NCBI RefSeq assembly: GCF_018350175.1
Contig: NC_058368.1
Coordinates: 22,942,001-23,006,000, forward strand
Length of the DNA stretch: 64,000 nucleotides
Direction of reading: 5' to 3'
Origin: Felis catus
Taxonomy: Eukaryota
Shown in pieces: positions 55,235 to 64,000 of the stretch. The notes below the pieces were generated by a model, which made no database searches, was not told where the DNA came from, and saw nothing but the letters and a program-made list of their open reading frames with translations. The stretch's first letter is position 1; each line of letters starts with the position of its first letter. The position numbers were made by a program, and so were the translations under genes.

Positions 55235-57050
55235 CCAGGACAGTACTAAACATTACAGAAAAATTGGTCAATTAAATTTCATCAAAGTTAAAATTATCTG
55301 TTCATCAAAAGACACTGCTGACAAAAAAACCTAGGCAAGACCTAGACAGAGAGAAAATATTTTAATACATATATCTATCAAAGGATCTTTATCCAGAATA
55401 TATAAGGAAGACCTCCAACTCAACAATAAAAAGACAAACAACACAATATTTTAAATGGGCCAAATACAGGTAAAGACATTTCCTGAAAGAAGACATGTAA
55501 TCAGCCAATAAACACATGAAGAAATGTTTAGTATCATTAGACAAATACAAATTAAAACCACAATGGGAATAAAAGGCACAGCATAGGGAATATAGTCAGT
55601 GATATTTTAATAGCTTTTTATGGTGACAGATGGTAGCTACACTTGTGGTGAGCATAGCATAACGTATAAACTTGCCAAATATTGTGTTTTATGCCTGAAA
55701 CTAATTTAACATTGTGTTAACCATACTCACAAAAATTAAATTAAATTAAATTAAAAATAAAACAAAACAAACTAAAAAATAAACCATAGTGGCATACTTT
55801 ACAACAACTATAATGGCTAAACGAAACAAGTGGCAATACCAAATGTTGGCAAAGATATGAAGCAACCAAAACTCTCATTCATTTCTGGTGGGAGTATGTG
55901 ATACGCATACTCTTAAGGTGGTCTCCTTTGATCCCCATCTCCTAGTATTCATGCCCTATGTGATCCCTTCCCGTGAGCATAAGTGGGACTTGTAATAGAA
56001 TATAGAAAAGGTAATGAGATGTATATGATTGAATATATTTGATTACATGACTACATTTTATAAGGTTATAGCACTCACCTAGCTGGAATCTCTTGCTCCT
56101 TTGCTGGCTTCGAGGAAGCAACTCAAACTGCTCATGTTAAAGAACACCATATGGTAAGAAACTGCTGGCAGCCTCTAGCAGCTGAGGGCAACCACCTCAG
56201 CCAGCAAGAAGCTGAAGTCCTCAATCACACAACACAAGGAAGTTAATCCTGTCAACAGAATTCTTCCTTCCCCAATTAAGCCTCCATAGGAGAACCCAGT
56301 TTTGGTCAACACTGTGATTACAGTCTTGCAAAGGATCAGCTAAGGTATGCCCAGTCTCCTGACCCAAACTGGGAGATAATAAATGTGTGTTGATTTAAGC
56401 TGTTAAATTGTTATGCAGCAATAGATAATTAACACAGACTGTAAAGTGTTGCACACTCTTTGGGAAATGGTTTGACATTTTCTTATAACATTAAACATAC
56501 TCCAACTACATGACACAGAAATTCCACACTCAAGAGAAACATAAAGTCCACATAAAAGACATAAAGTAGAATATTCACAGTAGCTTCATTCAAAACAGCC
56601 AAAAAATCAGAAAAAACAAATTCCCATCAATATAAAAGTAGATAAAGAAATTGTGGTATATTGATACAATACAATGAATACTACTCAGCAATAAAATGGG
56701 ATAAACTTTTGATAGATGCAAAACATGAATGAATCTCACAAGCATTATGCTAAGCTAGAGAAGCCCACACACAAAAGAGTACAAAATATATGATCCCATT
56801 TATATGAAGTCCGAGGACAAGCAAACCTAATCTACAGTGAAAGAAATTGAACCAGTGGTTGCCTCTGGGGATTAAGGGCAGGCATTTCCTTGGTAAAGGC
56901 ATGAGATAACTTTCTGTGGTGATGAACATATTCTCTCTCTTGATAAGGTGTGGATTACACAGGTGAATGCATTTGTCAGAACACCTCCAACTGTGTACAT
57001 AAGATCTGTGCTTATCACTATTTGTAAATTGTACTTTAATTTAAAAAAGT
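55235..57050 (+). mobile_element. Old L1M 3' region with nested L1 3' tip (~55569-55780) and an MLT1 LTR
   Basis: ORF2 end and 3'UTR motifs collinear across the insertions. Confidence 0.75.
55897..56436 (+). mobile_element. MLT1E/F-like MaLR solo LTR
   Basis: tgtg...ctcctagtattcatgccc...gcctctagcagctgagggc...ttgttatgcagcaatagataattaacaca. Confidence 0.85.
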
Positions 57051-57380
57051 TAAAAGGACAAGAGAAATACTTGCTTGGTAAAGGATAGTAGCATGTCTCA
57101 AGCCAAATTACCCCCGAGAGAAAAGCATAAAACATTTGCCTTGTGTAGTCTGTAAGAACACAAGGCCCCAGAGGAAAAGGCACCTTCTGAATGGTTCTCT
57201 CTCAATTGATCTTTGTGCCTGGGGTTCCATTGACTCAATCCACACAAATAAGACCATGCCACCCAATGAATGCTGTGAACTTTTTATCCCATATTTAATC
57301 AATAAGTAGTCATAATATGACCTAATACAAGCAAGGCCGCTAAAATAACTTTATCATCTTTATCATGCAGCTACTTCAAA

Positions 57381-57595
57381 TTTTTTTTTTTTTAACATTT
57401 ATTTATTTTTGAGACAGAGAGAGACAGAGCATGAACGGGGGAGGGGCAGAGAGAGAGGGAGACACAGAATCGGAAGCAGGCTCCAGGCTCTGAGCCATCA
57501 GCCCAGAGCCTGACGCGGGGCTCGAACTCACAGACTGCGAGATCGTGACCTGGCTGAAGTCGGACGCTTAACCGACTGTGCCACCCAGGCGCCCC
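57381..57595 (-). mobile_element. Young SINEC_Fc1-type SINE
   Basis: CpG-rich; perfect 18-bp TSD tcatgcagctacttcaaa (57363-57380 / 57596-57613). Confidence 0.96.
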
Positions 57596-57719
57596 TCATG
57601 CAGCTACTTCAAACAGGATTTGATTTTCACCAATTATCAAAGATTTTACTTAATTCAAAATAGTATCTGTTGTGGTGCTCTGCCAAGCAATGTATGGAGA
57701 TTAAATTATCAAAAGACCT

Positions 57720-58075
57720 ATGAGTTCAAAACTGTCAAGGACATCAAAAACAAGAAAAGTTTGAGAAACGGTCACAGTCTAAGGAGCCTAAGGAGAAATA
57801 ACAACTAAATGTAATTCTGATTCCTAGGTGGGATCTTGGAACAGAAAGGACATTAGGTTAAAAACTATGGAAATCTGAATAAAGTGTGGATGTCATTAAT
57901 AATAATTTGTGAATATTGGTTCATCAGTTGTAATCAACATGCTATACTAACGTAAGATGTTAATAGGGGAAATTGTGTGTAGAGGGAGAGGGGATGTATG
58001 GGAACTCTCTGTACTGTTTTCTTTTTTTTTTTTTTTCTGTATATATAACTGCTCTAAAAATAGAATCTGTTTTTT
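57720..58075 (+). mobile_element. L1MC-type 3' end
   Basis: aaaactgtcaagg...ggatcttggaacagaaaggacattag...tatgggaactctctgtact. Confidence 0.7.
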
Positions 58076-58739
58076 ACAAAATATCTATGAGAGCAAGCTG
58101 AATGTATCATGGTAGGATCTGGGAAACACTTATCACATACTAACAACTAAGAGAGAACAGATTTAAAACATGGGTAGGAAGAAAAGGGTCAGGATACAAG
58201 GAACTGAATAAGTGGTTTTAAATGTTTCCATTACTTACTGTCTCTACAAAGCTCCTCTCCCCCAAATAGTTGCTTCAAATGTGATCAGTATCAACCAATC
58301 TCTCTTCTGGCAGCTGCTATTATTTCTATTTTCATTCATTGCCAATCTGGACGTGGGACATCTACAAGTTCCCCTGTAGAAATTACTTGCAAAAAATATT
58401 AATGAAAATGTAGTTGTTTTTGATGATTTTGTTGGGAAAATGGAAAAGGCATTTATGCCAAACATGGTAAACAATTTTAAAATCGCCTTTACATTGGAGA
58501 TTTATAAGGATATTATTGGGACAATCAGGGAAATTGAATATGTACTAAATATTAGATATTGTATTGTATCAAGTTTAAGTTCCTGAGTGGGATAATTGTA
58601 TTGTAGTCATATAGGAGAATGGCCTTGTTCTCAGAAGACACATATTGAAGTATTTAGTGGTAAAGTTTCATGTCTACAAACAACTTTCACATGGTTCAGG
58701 AAAAAAATACACACACACACATTTCTCTCTGTATCTACT

Positions 58740-58953
58740 TTTTTAAAGTTTATTTATTTTTGAGAGAGAGAGAGGGAGGAAGGGAGAGAGAAGAGACAGG
58801 ATGGAGAGACACAGATAGAGGGAGAGAGAGAGAATCCCAAGCAGGCTCCGCACATTAAGTGCAATGTGGGGCTGGAATTCCCCAACTGTAACATCATGAC
58901 CTGAGCTGAAATCAAGAGTCAAACGCTTAACCAACTGAACTGCACAGGCACCC
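58740..58953 (-). mobile_element. Can-SINE nested in an old L1 3' end (~58500-59130)
   Basis: TSD tctctgtatctactttttt. Confidence 0.88.
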
Positions 58954-59854
58954 CTCTCTGTATCTACTTTTTTATCTGCCTATCTATATATAAAATGTGA
59001 ATACACGGACTTATAAAAGTATGTTCTCTGTCCTTCCATATACATGTGTATGTATATGTAAGAGGTATACTAGTGTTTATTACACTATTCTTGCAACTTC
59101 CTAAAGTTTTGGTATTTTTCAAAATAAAACATTTGTGGGAATCCCCTTACTATATCTGTTCTTTGACATCCACCTTTGGCTCCCCAGTACCAGAGATCTC
59201 TCTTTAATTCTCCTTCTCCAATACTGCCCTACCTTTGTTGGCTCTGCAGTTTTATACAAGGTATCTCTTTCTCTCCCACTTCAATTATGTTTCCTCTCTA
59301 TTTATACAAAACATGTACCTCTTGTTGGTTTCTACACCAAAAGTCACAATCATAAACCCATCAAAATTTTATGTGAAACCCAGAAGGCTCTAGTTGGTCA
59401 GGCCTACACTCCTGAGAAGACATTCTAGTGACCATTATGTGCTAGCTATCTTTTTGAGATATCATCCACACCCTAAGTAGCATAACAAAATATTCCCACC
59501 AAACACTACTTCAAAAGAATTCTGGGGAATGGGATTTTCATCTCATTTCACAACTAAAGGATGCCAACCCTGTATTAAATCAGGAAGATTGCTGCTATTT
59601 CAGACTTTTCTGTATGTCATCTGAAGCTAAATTTAAAGCCTACTTCCTAATTCCCAGTTTTCAAAGAGTACTGACAAAGATTTTTGCACAGAAGTGTGAA
59701 ACTTCCAGAGATGTCAGAAAAAAAACTAGCTGAATTAGTATCCAGGGGTTTTCATGGTAAGGACAATAACTAAGAAGGATTTCTAGTGGTTGAAAGGTTA
59801 ACTATCAGTTCCTAAAGCCCCAATTACTGTGGTTTCTCTCTCTCTGTGTGTTTT

Positions 59855-60100
59855 TAAATTGAAGTGTAGTTAACACACAATTTTACATTAGTTTCAGATG
59901 TACAACATAGTGATCTGATGAGCTTATACATTATGCTGTGCTCACCACAAGTGTAGCCACATCTGTCAACCTACAACACTATTACAATACCATTGACTAT
60001 AGTCTCTGTGTTGTACCCTTTATTCCCCTGACTTATTCATTCTATAACTGGAAGTCTGTATCTCCCCTTCACCCATTTTGCCCATCCCCTCATGCCCTTC
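59855..60100 (-). mobile_element. L1 3' tip (L1MA9-like)
   Basis: Reverse 3'UTR (ttagtttcagatgtacaacatagtgat...actggaagtctgta). Confidence 0.8.
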
Positions 60101-62959
60101 CCAATTTCCATTGATTTCTTATATTGAAAGTGTGAGTAGTGATTGCCCTGTTCTGGAATTCTAAGTACAGGGCAAGGTACCTAATACTAATTGTAAGTAG
60201 ATCTCTAAGGTAAATGAGCAAGAGACTCTACAACTAAGCATAAATAAACAGAGTTTAATGCTGTAATTATTAGACTTCCAGTCAGGATATCTGGGTCTGT
60301 CTTTAATGCCCATAAAACTCCTTTCCTCATTTTTCTCTTCTGGACTACTTTCTTCCAGTAAGCCTGATGTCCTTGTGTTGAACTGTTTGTTCAAAGACTC
60401 CAGAATAGCACCTTTCACCCCCATGTGCCTTCTCCACCTGTTTTATCTCTCCCCATAGTCTCCTTTACCACAAAATGACCTACATTGTGCACTGCTGTTG
60501 GTTTTTTTTTTACCATTTACTAATCTCTTTCATGTACACTGACTCAATTCTCTCAGTAATTCAATGGGATGTGTTAAACTTTTCTTACAGTTGAAGAAAC
60601 TGAAGTTCAAATAGGTTAAGGTATTGTCCAAAGTCACACCTGTATGAAATGGCAAAGCTAGAAATTAAACCTGGGTTGAGTTATTAAACCTACCATTGTT
60701 TTTCCACACCTCTGATAACACTGCATCTTCAGTAGTCTAGATTAAAGTATCCTTTGTGAGTATGCTAGAAAAACAGAAAGTCCCATTAATTCAGTATGAA
60801 TATCGAAATGAGAACAGAGGAGATGTTGGTTATTCATCTGTCTGCTTTTCTTTCCTTTTCTCTTAATGTTCTCCTCCTTCTCTTCCCATTAGAAAGAGAA
60901 TCCTTTGACAACAATCCTCCCACCTTTCTTCTTCACCCAAATACGCTATATTCTCCCGTTAGTTCAAAACTAGGTGAAGGGATGCTATTAATCAAAGAAA
61001 TACTTTGTTCACATAATAATATGTGAATGCAGAACATTAGCATTTCTAAAGAGGTTTGTGTATTGGTTTCACTTTCAGCTCACAAACTCAGCTGTGTAAG
61101 AAATAGTAACTTTATCTTCCTCTGATTTTCCATTTAGAGCCCCTGGCCTCTAAGTGGTAAAAATTTTAATTTAGTCAATATATACCAAAGGGATACATTT
61201 AATTTCTGGGGTGCTTGTGGAGTGTTAAAGCAGTGGGAGATGTGCCGTCTGGTCCTTAACTGTCTGCTGTCACCTTGGATTTCATTCAGCCACCCATCAT
61301 CCTGTTTCATGTTTGTTCACTGGACATATAGGTCTGACTGCTGCACCATCTTCATGATTCCATTAAAAAGGTCCCTGCAGGTTTGACAACCACCTTTTCA
61401 ACTTCTATACAGACTGTAGGGTACACAAATTTTCATTCCACTGCCAGGCTGAGAAACTGGCAGGCTTGGAAACTGTGGGGTGCTATCTAAGACCCCATCT
61501 CCTGGGTCACTCAGGCCACAGAACCATCTGCCTGCTTGCAGGTCACATTGTGACACATGAGACTCTGTAAGCTGCCCCTGACTCATATCGGCCACACAGC
61601 CCTTTAAGTCTCTGAGATCTTGGGTTTTCTTGAGTTTCTATTTAAGAAAACACTGAGATCATCTCTCTTCTCGGTTCCTGCAAACTTACATGGTGCTTCT
61701 GTTAGTTTGCTCCTCCCCAGTGGGGCAAGACCAGTTCCCTCTTCAGTGACCCACCAAGGTTAGTTCTCCTCTTGTTCATTTGCCATCTGGACTTGACCTT
61801 TCTTCTCAACCCAGAGAATCTATAGTCTGAAGTCAGGAAGTTCTTCTGATTCACATTACATTCTTCTACATGATTGCTTACACTCTGAATCCTCCTCGTG
61901 GGTTTATGAAATTCAGTGGGATAGTAAAAAGAGTGTTAATCATATATAAGGGTTAAAGTTGGCCATAATAGAATGTTTAAGCCTCAAGGACTGTTTAATC
62001 CAGAGCAGTTTGCAATAATAATTTTCCATGAAAATGATAATTTGTGAATTTGTCTTCTTTCTGGTTATTAACAGTAACTTACTTTCACAGTTACCATGGC
62101 TTTTACCTCAACCAACTAGAATACAGATTTACCTTCTTGCCTACAGTCTTCATTTTCCTTTGTCATAGGACATGAAATATAATTATAGAATATACAATTT
62201 TGTAATAACTTCATTTTCTTTTCCTCTTCAACTTAAATTCTCTTTCTGGAAACAATTGAAAGAATTTTGTTAAATACTTTTTATGCACAGATATAGGTTG
62301 GGGAGAGTATAAACTAGAAGATCCATAGACTGTCCCCTCAAGTACCTTATGATCTTTTTAGGAAAAAAAAAAAAATCTAGACGAAGTGAAAAGTTAAGTG
62401 GCCAGAAAAGAGTTTGAGTGAAAAATGTACTCTTAGGAAATAATTCCAAGTGGTGTAAAGTTTCTGTTAAGATCTCTAGGAAATGAGATTTTTAAGAAAT
62501 GTGTGAATCTTAAAGAAAGGTTATGTTATTTTCTGATTGATATTATTGTTTTTAACAGAACAAAGCCAACTAACAGATCTCACTAAATAAATAATGCAGG
62601 AAAAAACATTTTTTTAGAATTCAAGAAGCCAGAATTTGCCATTCATATGCTATGGGAAAGTTGTGTGTGTGTGTGTGTGTATGTGCATGTGTGTGTATGT
62701 GTATGTGTCCACACTTGTCTAGCGAGTATTTTGGGTGAGCTAGAAGGAAGAAGAGAGAGACTGAGGGAGGAGAAACTGGACAAGAATCCAGGCACCCACT
62801 CCTGCAGCTGTCATATCGAATTTGTGTCACATAGAATGAAAAATTTCTTAGCTGTCACACATGTGACAGAACCACTGAAAGTGCATGAGGTCATGGAACT
62901 ACATCTACTCACCATCTGGTGGAGCCTCTGATAGTAGTAATTTTCCATGTTTATTTTCG

Positions 62960-63510
62960 TGAATTTATTCATCTAGTAAATATTTATCAAGCCTCTACCA
63001 TGCGGGTACTCAGGGATCCAGGGGAAACCTTTATAGACATAAACTCTGCCTTCATGAAGCTTACAAGCTGGTTGGGAGGTAGACAGGAAATATTGCTCAG
63101 ATATAAAATTACAAACTAGGAAGGAATTGATGTAGAGCTACAAAGGGAGTAATGGGGGACTCAAGGACAGCTTCCCTGAAGAGATGACATTTGAACTGAG
63201 CTCAAAAAGATGAGTGGGAATTAATACGTTGAAAAGTCAAAGAAAACGGCATGTGGAAAAGCTCAAGCAGGAGGGAGCAATAAATGTGAGGAACTAAAAA
63301 AAAAAAAAAAAATTGGAACACAGCACAGGAGGAAGGTAGCACGAGGTGGGACTGGAAAGTCTGGCAAGGACAAGGGCGTACAGGTGAGACAGGGAAGGGC
63401 TTTCAATAAAAGAAAGCCACCATGAGATTTCCTGACTGCCGTGTGGAGAGTTGAAAAGAGGAAAACATGGACAAGAGGAGACCAGTTAGGAGGCCACTGC
63501 ATGTCTGCAT
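62960..63510. mobile_element. L2 LINE remnant
   Basis: tttattcatctagtaaatatttatcaagcctctaccatg...cttccctgaagagatgacatttgaactgag...gagaccagttaggaggc. Confidence 0.7.
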
Positions 63511-64000
63511 GATGTGGTAAGAATATCTTCATGTTCTCTCATCTGGACCTCCAACCCCAAGATCTGGAGGATGGGCCTCACCAGGAGAAAGCTCTTCAGG
63601 AGAGCCCCCTGCCACCAAGTCAGCCCTTGTACTCACTAGCAGGGGGTCTTTCCGGACGATGACGTCCATCCACTGCTGCACCCAAATCTCTGATGAACTG
63701 TGTGAGATGCAAGAGTTCTGGTTAAGGATTGCAGGGAACACAGTGCTTAAGATCAAATGGCCAGAAATAAGACAGAGACCCCTGCGGGTGGAGCTGAAAC
63801 CATTTGATAGAGACAAAGCTGGGCCCCCTATGGGTGATGATGCTGGGCTGCACTGATTCACTCCTGGGTGTCGGGTTTAGAGGATAGAATCCTCTGAGAT
63901 GGAGGCGTAGGGATGTCAGTCTTGAGTACTTGAGATCCCAAAATAAAGGAAACTTGAACTGATGTCAAACTTTCACTCTACCTGGTTTCATTGCTTGGTT

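Noticed and set aside
58239..58373. Exon-like 135-nt minus-strand segment with ...tttctacag acceptor and GTAAGT donor
   Set aside because: Stops in all three frames, no recognisable product, and such signal pairs arise by chance; would need RNA-seq or conservation support
60161..61900. Short ORFs (60161-60424, 61398-61595) and an AP-1-like tgactca in unique upstream DNA; possible neighbouring-gene (ITM2B) exons
   Set aside because: No similarity to ITM2B or any protein I recognise; a single short motif is not evidence of an enhancer

Overview
Mammalian genomic DNA from a felid, judged by abundant tRNA-derived Can-SINEs including young SINEC_Fc1-type copies and carnivore/felid-type L1s. The window holds the 5' end of the retinoblastoma gene RB1 on the minus strand: CpG-island promoter with clustered GABP/Sp1, ATF and E2F sites (~43290-43330), coding exon 1 (43112-42967), exon 2 (40224-40098) and exon 3 (1329-1214). 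All have GT-AG boundaries and the frame is continuous. The ~38.8-kb intron 2 and ~20 kb of upstream DNA are mostly nested retroelements and fossil DNA transposons, so nearly every ORF in the supplied track is L1/SINE debris or a GC-rich shadow ORF. I found no convincing novel gene system. The most notable features are: a probable L1 3' transduction ending at a captured LTR polyA signal (27820-30021); a templated-insertion repair scar that truncates a near full-length L1 (9409-9464); an unexplained 30-bp direct repeat 1.3 kb apart in non-repetitive intron DNA; two 5'-inverted L1s; and an uninterrupted 13-Ala tract in pRB. Repeat family names come from recalled consensus similarity, not a database search, and most repeat boundaries are approximate.
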